A stretch of 64,000 bases of DNA from an uncultured Gammaproteobacteria bacterium (lineage in GTDB: Bacteria > Patescibacteriota > Microgenomatia > Levybacterales > UBA12049), in assembly GCA_964416505.1 (NCBI GenBank), contig CAYQEJ010000002.1:90172-154171 (forward strand), in the 5' to 3' direction. Positions 38,060 through 47,346 of the stretch are shown here, piece after piece. The position numbers were made by a program, and so were the translations under genes. How positions within the stretch are numbered: the stretch's first letter is position 1; the number at the start of each line of letters is the position of its first letter. Under the pieces are notes generated by a model. It saw nothing but the letters and a program-made list of their open reading frames with translations, was not told where the DNA came from and made no database searches.

Positions 38060-39575
38060 CAGGAGAAACAAGCTCTAACGCATTTTGCAAAGAAGTTACG
38101 ACTGTTGGATTATAACCTTTAGAGAGCAACTTCAAATATGCTCCTCGTACTCTATCCAACGAGAGCTGATCATCTATTACGGCTTCCACTTCCTCTTTCA
38201 CATAACGATTGTCCCTGTAATAATAGCTAACTGGATGAGCATTCCTTAGGTGTTCACTTAACTCATCAATAATTCTTTTATCTGGTACGTGGAGCAAAAT
38301 CCTCGTATTATCATTTCCACGTTGTAATCCTACTATTAATTCAAAGAGCTTTGATCTATCTACACCTTCCTCCAAATCTGCTTCAGTTAACCCAAGCATT
38401 GTCACTCCTATTGCCCTCCTCCATGACTCCGGTGGAACACCCAATGTATGCCAGGTTCTGTCTTCAATTGGACGTTCTGAAATATGCTCAACTAAATCCA
38501 AATCCCCATCTCTCAATTGAACCTCAGCACTACCAATTCCCATTGCTCTCAAGATTGCATTTCTTCTTTGTCTAGCCTTTTCAAGCTGCATTTCTCTTTG
38601 TCTTTCGCTGGTCGAATAAACTCGCTCGTCTCCTGAATAAACATGATCTCCCAATGATATCTGCATTCGATGCGTTAATTTTCTTAAAGCTTTCCTCTCA
38701 ATCTGCCTAATTCTTTCCCGGGTAACATTGAAAGCTCTGCCTAATTCTTCATAGGTCATAACCCCCGTACCGTTAAATCCAAATCTTGAAATTATTACCT
38801 GCTTTTCTCTATCTTTAAGGTCTCCCATTGCACTAATTATTGCAATTTCAGCTTCGCTCTTAAAACCTTCCATAGGCTTATAACTACCATCATCTGCTTC
38901 CTGCAATTCTCCGCTTGAGACAATTAATTTGTCGACATATTTTTCAACTTCATCTTTTTGCTCTCCAAAAGCTTCGACAATTTCCATAACTAATTCTTCA
39001 CGGCTATAATGAGACTGAATCCCAGACATAACAGCTTCCTTAATATTTAAATATTTTCCTGATCTAATCCAACCGAGTGGCATACTTTCCCTATCTGCAA
39101 TAAAACGCATTGCACCTTTTTGGATTAAATTAGGTACCATCCAGTTACTATGGTCTGTATAGTCAGCTGCGTTTTGAAAATAATTATCAATTCCTGCATG
39201 AAGCGCTTCTCCATCAAAATCTTCATCACCACTTGAAAAAGAATCAATTACTGATACAGCACTCCTCATTCTAAGAAAAAGCAGTGTCCTTTTTGCATTT
39301 GCTGAAGTATCAGGATCTTCGGACTTCATGTCAGAAATTAGACTATCGCTTACTGATTTAGGGATTCGAAAATCTACCAACTGAGCATACCTCCTATAAA
39401 ATGCCATAGGACTTATATCTGGTGCTTCTGCATATATTTCGGTAGCTAAATTTGTAGTAAGATCTCCAAGATTTTCTATAGAGCCGGATCTAACTTCCCT
39501 GGCAAGCATTATAGCTCTCGTATTTGGATCCCTAGCTTGATCTAATGGATTTGGTCTTAAGGCCTCAATTAACAT
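38001..39575 (-). CDS. Sigma-70 family protein with long N-terminal region and an unusual ~210-aa extension C-terminal to region 4.2
   Basis: [15 protein letters not shown]...LGWIRSG is a diverged region 2.2/2.3. [12 protein letters not shown]...[28 protein letters not shown] is a canonical region 4.1/4.2 HTH. Another 210 residues follow it. Composition differs from the neighbours. Confidence 0.6.
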   Translation of the reverse strand: MLIEALRPNPLDQARDPNTRAIMLAREVRSGSIENLGDLTTNLATEIYAEAPDISPMAFYRRYAQLVDFRIPKSVSDSLISDMKSEDPDTSANAKRTLLFLRMRSAVSVIDSFSSGDEDFDGEALHAGIDNYFQNAADYTDHSNWMVPNLIQKGAMRFIADRESMPLGWIRSGKYLNIKEAVMSGIQSHYSREELVMEIVEAFGEQKDEVEKYVDKLIVSSGELQEADDGSYKPMEGFKSEAEIAIISAMGDLKDREKQVIISRFGFNGTGVMTYEELGRAFNVTRERIRQIERKALRKLTHRMQISLGDHVYSGDERVYSTSERQREMQLEKARQRRNAILRAMGIGSAEVQLRDGDLDLVEHISERPIEDRTWHTLGVPPESWRRAIGVTMLGLTEADLEEGVDRSKLFELIVGLQRGNDNTRILLHVPDKRIIDELSEHLRNAHPVSYYYRDNRYVKEEVEAVIDDQLSLDRVRGAYLKLLSKGYNPTVVTSLQNALELVSPVTLAQIREKVVSDQRYHHS

Positions 39576-39611
39576 CTGGGAATTATACTATAAGACGTAA
39601 TAGATAACAAG

Positions 39612-40310
39612 CTAAATTTTGCCTTCGAGGTATTTTTTGCGGGTACTTTCAGGAAATTTTTCAATAGAATATCGAAGCGCAGTTCTACCCATCAGCTTAT
39701 AATTTTCCTTTAGAAATTCTTCTTCTGTTTTTAAATCTTTCTTTCCAATTTCCCTTAACATCCACCCAAGTGCTTTTTGTATAAGATCATTTTGATCACT
39801 AATTAGTAATCCCGCGAGTTTTAAAGAATCCTCAAAGTCTCCTCTTCTTATAAAATTAAAAGTTGAAATTAAGGCAATTCTTTTTTCCCATAAATTCTTT
39901 GATTTTGCTAAAGTAAATAATATATTTCTGGGTTTATCCAATAAATATCCTCCTACTATTTTATGTGCTGAAAGATCAACTAAATCCCAGTTGTTAATAA
40001 ATTTTGTGTTTTTAAGATAGAACTCATAAATTCTTCTCTCTAACATTTCTACGTGCTCAAATTGATGTACTAAAATAAGAAGCGCTATTAACCTCTCTTC
40101 ATGAATTTCAGATCTTAATAATTGTCCTATATCTTCGAAAGTTAAATCTTTATACTTAAGCGCAATTTTTCTGCACTGAGGAACTGAAAGACCAAGAAAT
40201 ATATCTCCAAAACCATACTCACCTTCTCCAGTTTTAAAATATCCCGCCATAAGCTTCGCTCTTTTTTTACTTCCTAGCTTTTGGGTTTCTTGTTGGAGAT
40301 TTGTTAACAT
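39612..40310 (-). CDS. DNA alkylation repair glycosylase, AlkD/AlkC-like HEAT-repeat protein
   Basis: KRAKLMAGYFKTGEGEYGFGD and the helical-repeat architecture match PF08713 DNA_alkylation proteins. Confidence 0.6.
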   Translation of the reverse strand: MLTNLQQETQKLGSKKRAKLMAGYFKTGEGEYGFGDIFLGLSVPQCRKIALKYKDLTFEDIGQLLRSEIHEERLIALLILVHQFEHVEMLERRIYEFYLKNTKFINNWDLVDLSAHKIVGGYLLDKPRNILFTLAKSKNLWEKRIALISTFNFIRRGDFEDSLKLAGLLISDQNDLIQKALGWMLREIGKKDLKTEEEFLKENYKLMGRTALRYSIEKFPESTRKKYLEGKI

Positions 40311-40321
40311 TTGTACGCTGT

Positions 40322-40397
40322 ATTTTACTCTTTTTTGAGGCTAAAGTCAATTTTATTTGTAACCTTACTTGACAAAAATATTCATTAAGAATATCTT
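40322..40397. promoter_or_regulatory. Divergent promoter pair
   Basis: Plus strand: TTGACA at 40369-40374, 17 nt spacer, TATCTT at 40392-40397, serving the gene at 40408. Minus strand: TTGACT (rc of 40345-40350), 17 nt spacer, TAAAAT (rc of 40322-40327), serving the gene starting at 40310. Confidence 0.45.
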
Positions 40398-40407
40398 GAA
40401 ATAACTA

Positions 40408-41511
40408 ATGAAAAGTCGAAACTTTTTTATCATTGGCATATCTATAATTTTAATTCTTTTTTTTGTTTTTCAAAAAAAAGAAAAGATAAATAATCCTTTG
40501 ACAAATTCTTCAATTCCCCAAAAAACTACTAATGATAAGGTTAGTATTTTAGCAAAAAACCTTGACACGCCATGGTCACTTGCCTTTCTACCAAACCATG
40601 ATTTAATTTTTACAGAAAGAAAAGGATCACTAAATCTTATATCAAATAATAATATTACGAAAATTGATGATATAGAAGATGTTTTAGAGTATGGCGAAGG
40701 TGGACTAATGGGAGTCGAAGTTCATCCAAATTATAAGAAAAATAAATTTATTTATTTGATGTACACATTTAGAGGATCAGGAAATAACACCTTAAATAGA
40801 TTAGTCCGCTACAAATTAGAAAATAATAAATTATCTGATAAAAAAATTATAATAGATAATATTCCAGGGGCAATTTATCATAATGGAGGAAAAATTAAAT
40901 TTGGCCCCGACGGATTTCTTTATATTACAACAGGTGACTCACTGGAGCCCTCACTCGCACAGAATAAAAATTCTCTTGCTGGAAAAATTCTTAAAATTAC
41001 AGATGATGGCAAACCAGCACCCGGAAATCCTTTTAACAACTTAATTTACTCTTATGGGCACAGAAATCCACAAGGAATAACTTGGGATTCAGATGGAAAT
41101 TTATGGGAAACTGAACATGGAAGATCAAATCCTAGCGGTTACGATGAACTAAATTTAATAGTAAAAGGTGCAAATTATGGTTGGCCTGAAATTCAAGGAA
41201 CTGAAAAAAAATCTGGCATGCAAACTCCCCTAGCTCAAAGTGGAAACGAGACGTGGGCCCCCGGAGGAATAATATTTTTTAAGGATGAATTATTTTTTGG
41301 AGGACTTAAAGGAGAAAGTTTATACAAAGTAAAAATAGAAAATGAAAACGCAATAATTAATAAACTTTTTCTAAATCAGTTTGGGAGAATTAGAGATGTT
41401 ATCTTAGGCCCCGATAATTTTATCTATATCACCACTAGTAATTTAGATGGTAGAGGATCTCCAAAATCAGGAGATGATAAAATAATCAAAATAGATCCAC
41501 AAGATATTTAG
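40408..41511 (+). CDS. Soluble PQQ-dependent aldose sugar dehydrogenase (YliI/sGDH family)
   Basis: N-terminal anchor followed by beta-propeller motifs LDTPWSLAFLPN, GPDGFLYITTGD and HRNPQGITWDSDGNLW. Confidence 0.7.
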   Translation: MKSRNFFIIGISIILILFFVFQKKEKINNPLTNSSIPQKTTNDKVSILAKNLDTPWSLAFLPNHDLIFTERKGSLNLISNNNITKIDDIEDVLEYGEGGLMGVEVHPNYKKNKFIYLMYTFRGSGNNTLNRLVRYKLENNKLSDKKIIIDNIPGAIYHNGGKIKFGPDGFLYITTGDSLEPSLAQNKNSLAGKILKITDDGKPAPGNPFNNLIYSYGHRNPQGITWDSDGNLWETEHGRSNPSGYDELNLIVKGANYGWPEIQGTEKKSGMQTPLAQSGNETWAPGGIIFFKDELFFGGLKGESLYKVKIENENAIINKLFLNQFGRIRDVILGPDNFIYITTSNLDGRGSPKSGDDKIIKIDPQDI

Positions 41512-41556
41512 TGTTTTAAATCAACTTCTTACGCTTTTGCTTGACATAAAAGCAAT

Positions 41557-42096
41557 TTGCGTTTTATAGTAAATTTACCTTTCTCTTACAAGAATATAAT
41601 AATCAAAATGAGCATACTTCAAAAAATAAATTCGCCACTATTTGATTACGGACATTACAAATTATATGTGAGAACTGATTATAACCAAACATCAATTACC
41701 ATGTTTTTGCAAACTCCTTTCTATCACACCAAATCAGTTCCGAACACTCACGAAATTTTAAATAATATTCTTCCTCAGGTTCTCAAGAACAAATGTTTCA
41801 ATGATTCAAATCTACCCTTTAAAGAAGAGGTAAAAAATACAGAAATTGGACATTTATTTGAACACATCATTCTTGAATATTTATGTCAAATTAAAGTAAG
41901 AAATGGATACAGAAAAGCAAGTTTTAGTGGATTAACAGAATGGGATTGGAAGAAAGATTTAAAAGGAACATATCATATTAAAATAAAAATTGATCCTACC
42001 GATTTGATATTTTTTAATAAAGCCCTTAATGAAAGCGTAATACTTTTAAATAAAATTTTGATAAGCGCATACTCAAAGCAAATCACAATTAACTAA
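41557..42096 (+). CDS. Hypothetical protein
   Basis: ORF; the real start may be the internal MSILQK at about 41608. Followed by a hairpin terminator. Confidence 0.4.
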   Translation: MRFIVNLPFSYKNIIIKMSILQKINSPLFDYGHYKLYVRTDYNQTSITMFLQTPFYHTKSVPNTHEILNNILPQVLKNKCFNDSNLPFKEEVKNTEIGHLFEHIILEYLCQIKVRNGYRKASFSGLTEWDWKKDLKGTYHIKIKIDPTDLIFFNKALNESVILLNKILISAYSKQITIN

Positions 42097-42098
42097 AC

Positions 42099-42126
42099 AA
42101 ACCGCAGTTTCTTGCGGTTTGTTTTT
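42099..42126. terminator. Bidirectional rho-independent terminator
   Basis: aaaccgcag-tttct-tgcggttt followed by gttttt on the plus strand. It sits between the convergent genes at 41557..42096 (+) and 42147..42323 (-). Confidence 0.55.
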
Positions 42127-42146
42127 AGCCCAAAGAGATCATGCTC

Positions 42147-42323
42147 TTATTCTTCCTTTAGATCTTCCTGATTTGTAATATCATTATTCACTATCTCTTC
42201 ATCTAAATTAGAATTATCAGCATCTGTATCAGTTGAAGCTTCTCCACCTGCTATTCCTGAGTCATTATTCTCATTCAAATCAGATTGATCGTCTGTATTT
42301 TGATTTCTTTTTGGATCAAACAT
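42147..42323 (-). CDS. Small acidic protein (58 aa), not in the ORF track
   Basis: Minus-strand ORF MFDPKRNQNTDDQSDLNENNDSGIAGGEASTDTDADNSNLDEEIVNNDITNQEDLKEE. A strong SD (GAAGGGGGGTG) sits 8-10 nt upstream, and the terminator follows directly downstream. Confidence 0.35.
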   Translation of the reverse strand: MFDPKRNQNTDDQSDLNENNDSGIAGGEASTDTDADNSNLDEEIVNNDITNQEDLKEE

Positions 42324-42408
42324 AAACTAATTCACCCCCCTTCTTATTAAGCACTATAAAGCTTAGGAATATGAAGATTACTAGGAAAAGGTAATAAAAA
42401 TGAAAGAA

Positions 42409-43704
42409 TTATTTTCTACTTAGAGGTAATTTTATAATGAAAACCGAACCTTTTCCTATCTTGCTTTTTACATCTAATTCTCCACCATGAGCTTCAATAA
42501 TTTTTCTTGATATAAATAGTCCTACACCAATTCCTTTATAAGACTTTACATCAGAACTTCTATTAAATATTTCAAAAATATGTTTTTTATCCTCATCCTT
42601 TATACCGATTCCTTTATCTGTAACTGAAATTATTGCGAATTTATTTTCTTTTTCTACCTTTAGTAAAATAGGTTTCCCTTCTCCATATTTAATTGCATTT
42701 GAAATTAAATTTGATACCACCTGTTCAATTCTGACTTTATCCCAAATACCATAAAAATTACCTTTTATCTCTATTTTCAATTTTATTTTTTTATTTTTTA
42801 AAATAACATCAAACTTTTTTTGTATATCTAAAATTAATTTATTAAGATCAACTCGATCTGAGTCAATCTGAAAATAATCTGTTGAGGCCAATGAGACATT
42901 TAAAAGATCATTTATGAGCTTAGACATTCTTTTACTTTGTTCTATACCTACTTCAATCGCACTGATTAATTCATCTGATGCATCAATCTGAGTAGTACTT
43001 TTTTTAATTTTTTTTAGGACTAATTGAAGACTTAAAAGAATGGAAGTCAATGGAGTTTTCAGCTCATGAGAAGCAATAGAAAGAAATTCATCCCTAAGCC
43101 TAATCGCCTCTTGCGCCTTCGTAAAGAGCATTGCCTTATCCACAGTTATTGCAGCTCTATCAGCTAACTCTTGAATAAAAATTGCATCTTCTTCAGAATA
43201 AGAAAAGTTTTTTTCAGTAGATCCAATCGTCATGACCCCAATCACCTGTCCCCTACTATGAAGAGGCACAAACATAAAAGAAGAAAAATTAAAAAATTTC
43301 ATTAATTCTTTTTCTTCTTTAATTTTAGACACTGAGTTAATCCACTTATCGCTAACATTCCTAATAATTATTGGTCTACCTAATTTAATGGTTTCATATG
43401 TAGCGTTTTTATTTTTTGGATCAGAAGGAAATTCATAAAATTTTTGAGCCTCAATATTTTTCTTATGATCGTGCATTTTAACAACTACTCTTTGAAGCTG
43501 CCCATCTTCCAAAATATCTATCGTACAAAAGTCAGCAATGGAATCCACAATCATTTTACCTATGCTAACTAACGTGACATGATAATCAAGACTTGAAGAA
43601 AGAATTTTACTGGCAGATGAAAGGAAAAGAATCTTATCCTTAACTATATATGGCATCCCAGGTATTTTACCAGAAATAGCCTTTATAACTTGTAATAAAA
43701 GCAT
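42409..43704 (-). CDS. Sensor histidine kinase with GAF domain
   Basis: N-terminal GAF-like region, HisKA (ASHELKTPLTSI) and HATPase_c (DKGIGI..., GGIGLGLFISRKIIEAHGG). Confidence 0.8.
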   Translation of the reverse strand: MLLLQVIKAISGKIPGMPYIVKDKILFLSSASKILSSSLDYHVTLVSIGKMIVDSIADFCTIDILEDGQLQRVVVKMHDHKKNIEAQKFYEFPSDPKNKNATYETIKLGRPIIIRNVSDKWINSVSKIKEEKELMKFFNFSSFMFVPLHSRGQVIGVMTIGSTEKNFSYSEEDAIFIQELADRAAITVDKAMLFTKAQEAIRLRDEFLSIASHELKTPLTSILLSLQLVLKKIKKSTTQIDASDELISAIEVGIEQSKRMSKLINDLLNVSLASTDYFQIDSDRVDLNKLILDIQKKFDVILKNKKIKLKIEIKGNFYGIWDKVRIEQVVSNLISNAIKYGEGKPILLKVEKENKFAIISVTDKGIGIKDEDKKHIFEIFNRSSDVKSYKGIGVGLFISRKIIEAHGGELDVKSKIGKGSVFIIKLPLSRK

Positions 43705-43717
43705 TTTATGGTTAAAA

Positions 43718-44953
43718 TTGTTTGCTTATATGTCAGCTAATGAAAAAGGGCCAAAAATGCCACCCAGAGGTGAAGTAAGAATTGTTACAAGCGGTAGAAG
43801 TTACGGAGGCGAAACTGAGATACACGAAAAAGCAAAACCTTTGATTTCTTTAGTTGATGGAATTTCACCCTTTGGACCACCACCATTATGGCAAAGGACT
43901 CAACTAGATATTCTACAAAGTCCTGAAGGTAAAAGAGCAATGGAAACATACTGGACCCCAGGAATAGATGCAGCAAAAAAACAAATCATGGCAAGATATG
44001 GATTGGATGAAGATTCATATGTTGTTCCAAACGCAAGAACAGGCGTAGATGGACTACTTAGAACATCACTTATTTTGATACCCAGAAAAACAGTTCGTGG
44101 ACCTCGGATTGCACAAGTAGGTCCATATTACCCAGGATACAGAAATCAAATGACTGTTGTAGGAGGTGTAACTCCTTATCCATATTCACCTAGTATAGAA
44201 ATGACTGCCGATGAAGGAATACTAAGTATTATCGAAAAACATGAAAAAGATCCAGTACCATTTACTAATCTTTATTTTTCAAGAGTCGATTTCAAAGGAG
44301 ATGTAGTTAGTCGTGAAGTCGCACTAAAAGCTGTAAAACATTTTACAGATGCTGGAATTCAAGTTGATCTTGATGAAGTAGGTCTTGAAGCAGTTGCAAC
44401 AGAAGAATCTTTAGCAAAAGAAACGCAAACAAATCCCAGATTAAGAGTTTATTCTGATGCTTCTAAAGTACTCGGAGTTCCTGGACTAGGGTTTGGGTTT
44501 GTAATTACAAACAATTCTCTAGGACCAATATTTGAAAGAGCTATGGGAGACAGATACATTCGAGGAGTTGATGCACTACTACTAAATGCATTTTGGCAAA
44601 ACGCTAATATACAACCTCATTTAGAGACTGTAAGACCTAAAATAAAACATGCAAAAGGCACATTAACTCAAGAGTTAAAAAGACTGGGTGTTAAGATTTT
44701 ACCTACCGATGAAAGGACAACAACATTAGTTGTAGATGGAATAGAACCAGGATTAGCAAATGCTACGAGAAAGGCAGGGCTAATTCTTGCCGGAGGAGGA
44801 GGATATGATAAAACAAGCGAACCTTCTTTATCTACCCAACACGTAAGAATTGTAATTTCTGAAACTGACAGAATGAACCTTGAAGTTGCTCAACGCATAA
44901 ATGTTGCTGTCAGAGCAAATCTGCGGGATAAAACCCCAACTAGAAAAAGATAG
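43718..44953 (+). CDS. PLP-dependent aminotransferase-like protein (class I/II fold, HisC/CobD-like), divergent
   Basis: SDASKVLGVPGLGFGFVITN aligns with the SxSKxxxxPGLRxG PLP-lysine motif, but the Arg is replaced by Gly. A DLDEVGLEA segment resembles the D(E)AY motif. Opposite strand to the flanking HK and RR genes. TAG stop. Confidence 0.45.
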   Translation: MFAYMSANEKGPKMPPRGEVRIVTSGRSYGGETEIHEKAKPLISLVDGISPFGPPPLWQRTQLDILQSPEGKRAMETYWTPGIDAAKKQIMARYGLDEDSYVVPNARTGVDGLLRTSLILIPRKTVRGPRIAQVGPYYPGYRNQMTVVGGVTPYPYSPSIEMTADEGILSIIEKHEKDPVPFTNLYFSRVDFKGDVVSREVALKAVKHFTDAGIQVDLDEVGLEAVATEESLAKETQTNPRLRVYSDASKVLGVPGLGFGFVITNNSLGPIFERAMGDRYIRGVDALLLNAFWQNANIQPHLETVRPKIKHAKGTLTQELKRLGVKILPTDERTTTLVVDGIEPGLANATRKAGLILAGGGGYDKTSEPSLSTQHVRIVISETDRMNLEVAQRINVAVRANLRDKTPTRKR

Positions 44954-44955
44954 GA

Positions 44956-45618
44956 TTATTTAATTACATAACCAAATCCACGAACCGATTCGATTAACTT
45001 TTTATTTTGCCCTTTATCAATTTTATTTCTTAAATATCCAACATACACATCAACTACTCTTGTCTCAACGTCAGGTGAATATGCCCACACATGATTCAAA
45101 ATCCTGTCACGACTTAGAACAACTCCTTGATTTAACATGAGATACTCAAGTAGCTTAATTTCTTTTGCTGTTAATTCAATTTTCTTACCCCCTCTAACTA
45201 CTTCTAGTGAATGCGTATTTAAACTTAAATCATCAATTGAAAGCACAGGAGTCGGACTTTTTTTAAGCCTTGTTTTTATACGCGCCAATAATTCCTCGAA
45301 ATCAAATGGCTTAGAAATATAATCATCTGCTCCAAGACCTAAACCATTAACCACATCTTGTGCCTTATTTTTTGCAGTCAAGATTATAATTGGGAGATCA
45401 GGAAATATTTTTTTTGCTTCCTGACAAACTGTTTCACCGCTTACATTTTCTATGCCTAAATCTAATACTACTAAATCAATATTTCCTTCTTTAATAGTTT
45501 TTAATGCTTGTGCGCCATCAGAGGTTTCGAAAACTTTAAATCCTGATTCAAGAAGAGCCTGCTTTACAAACTCACGAATATTCTTGTCATCTTCTACCAA
45601 AAGTATATTTTGAACCAT
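44956..45618 (-). CDS. OmpR-family response regulator
   Basis: Receiver domain (LLVEDD...DLVVLDL..., the K of TAKNK) and a winged-helix C-terminus (RVVDVYVGYLRNKID). Confidence 0.9.
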   Translation of the reverse strand: MVQNILLVEDDKNIREFVKQALLESGFKVFETSDGAQALKTIKEGNIDLVVLDLGIENVSGETVCQEAKKIFPDLPIIILTAKNKAQDVVNGLGLGADDYISKPFDFEELLARIKTRLKKSPTPVLSIDDLSLNTHSLEVVRGGKKIELTAKEIKLLEYLMLNQGVVLSRDRILNHVWAYSPDVETRVVDVYVGYLRNKIDKGQNKKLIESVRGFGYVIK

Positions 45619-45950
45619 AAAGCTTGGTTATTTTCTCACAATTCTTACAGTATTTCACATCAAAAACATGTAAGAAATTCGTAAGATTTATCTATCAACG
45701 GCATTTATAATGAATAGGTAGCGACCATCCAAAAACTTTTGGCAGTATTTTTTATTTTGCTAGGAATAAATTTGGAAAAAGATATTTTAGGTAGTTTTAA
45801 TTTTATCTCCACATGGGATTCCGAAATACTTGTCGGTAGATATACTCCATTATTATTTATTAAGGCAGTTTTCATAATTTAAATTTACCATTTAAATATT
45901 AGATTAACTTTCATTTTAAGTAAGAATTTAAACATACTTTTATACAAAAA

Positions 45951-45985
45951 ATAACAGCTCCAATATTTAGAGCTGTTATTTTTGC
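45951..45985. terminator. Bidirectional rho-independent terminator
   Basis: ataacagctc-caatattta-gagctgttat flanked by A/T runs on both sides. Immediately downstream of the small minus-strand gene 45996..46130. Confidence 0.55.
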
Positions 45986-45995
45986 TTAGGAGGCT

Positions 45996-46130
45996 TATCT
46001 TGATGTAGAACTATTTTCCCTATTATTCATAGAAGCTCTTCTTCCCCTCGCTTGACCGCCTTTTCTTCCTGCTTTAGAATGGCCCTGTGAGTCCCCAAAC
46101 CATCCTCTTCCTCTACTACTCTGTGGCATA
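45996..46130 (-). CDS. KGG-repeat stress-induced small basic protein (44 aa), not in the ORF track
   Basis: MPQSSRGRGWFGDSQGHSKAGRKGGQARGRRAS... matches the KGG/YciG-YmdF 'stress-induced protein' repeat (A..AGRKGGQ). SD AAAGGGGGTGAAG upstream, and the terminator downstream. Confidence 0.45.
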
Positions 46131-46218
46131 TTCTTCACCCCCTTTCATATACAACCAATATAAGGTGATTTTTTATGACAAAAGACAAAAAAGAGTATGA
46201 ATTATGTTAACAAAGAAG

Positions 46219-46611
46219 CTAGAATGAGGAATCTTTTTCTAATGAATTTAATTCTGTAGTAAGAGTAGTATCTGTTTGATTCAAGTCTTTATCTATCGAA
46301 TTAAGCTCATCAGTTCCTGAAACGGGTTGTATGCTTTCAGTTGGAGTAGGTGTAGATTCAACCGGAGAGGGACTAGGAACAGAAGCAACATCTGTATTTA
46401 TTCTAGCTGAATTCATAAAATAATAGCCTCCTATGCCTAATGCTCCTACAAATATTATCCCAACTAAAGCCCCAATTAAAGCAAATTTCTTCAGTGATCG
46501 AGAAGGTTTAACTTCTGGAGTTGGCGCTGGAACTGAATCAACCTGGGGTGCATCGATTGAAGCAGGTGTCTGATTTACTGGAGGCGGTGCTTGATTTAAT
46601 TTAGGATCCAT
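46219..46611 (-). CDS. Pro-rich single-pass membrane protein (MDPKL family, see 57928..58326)
   Basis: MDPKLNQAPPPV... Pro-rich N-terminus, one TM (FALIGALVGIIFVGALGIGGYYF) and an S/T/P-rich tail. Confidence 0.45.
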   Translation of the reverse strand: MDPKLNQAPPPVNQTPASIDAPQVDSVPAPTPEVKPSRSLKKFALIGALVGIIFVGALGIGGYYFMNSARINTDVASVPSPSPVESTPTPTESIQPVSGTDELNSIDKDLNQTDTTLTTELNSLEKDSSF

Positions 46612-47309
46612 TACTGATTTACCTCCTCTGGAGTTACGCTAGGAATCATGGTGGGAACAGGTGTAACTGAAATTTTTTCTAGCTTAGCAGTTTTAGCTAA
46701 ATCTCTAACTGCTTTTACAAATACGTGGATTGAATCTTTATATGCTTTATTCGCAAGAATAAGCTCTTTCATATCTTCTTTAAATGCATCCACTTCCCCT
46801 TTAGGATCATCCGAATTACAATCAAAACCCTCACCTGTATCTTTCAATGCAGAATGAAGAGCTATAACTTTTGCTTTATTATCTTCTACATTTTTCTTAA
46901 GAGTATCGTAATTTGATAACTTATAACCATTTGCAACTAACTTTTCATTATAAAATTTATCAACTCTTAAGTAGATCTTCTCATGACCTTCATGAATTAT
47001 TTTTGCTCTGGCATTTAAAGATTTTAGTCTCCCCTTAATAACACTCGATCTTGCTTCGCAAATTTTTAGCCTAGCTTCTGAGAGTCTTTCCTCTTTTTTC
47101 TGCGCTCTTTCCGAAATTCTTGCTTCAACCTTTTCTTTTCTATCTAGCTTTATGGAATCGAGCTTATCTTTCATTGTGGTTGGACTAGCAGTTACAGTTG
47201 TATTTGCGGTCAACGAGTCATCATCCTGAGCATAGCTTTTAGAATTAAATGCAAAAGCTATTATTAAAAGAAAAATTGAGAAAGAAAATAACTTGAGAAT
47301 TTTACTCAT
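46611..47309 (-). CDS. Secreted coiled-coil protein
   Basis: Signal peptide (LFSFSIFLLIIAFAFNSKSYA) followed by charged helical repeats. Start overlaps the downstream gene, so it is an operon with 46219..46611. Confidence 0.5.
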   Translation of the reverse strand: MSKILKLFSFSIFLLIIAFAFNSKSYAQDDDSLTANTTVTASPTTMKDKLDSIKLDRKEKVEARISERAQKKEERLSEARLKICEARSSVIKGRLKSLNARAKIIHEGHEKIYLRVDKFYNEKLVANGYKLSNYDTLKKNVEDNKAKVIALHSALKDTGEGFDCNSDDPKGEVDAFKEDMKELILANKAYKDSIHVFVKAVRDLAKTAKLEKISVTPVPTMIPSVTPEEVNQ

Positions 47310-47346
47310 TTATATAAGACTATATTTTTAGTTGAAGAATGTCAAG

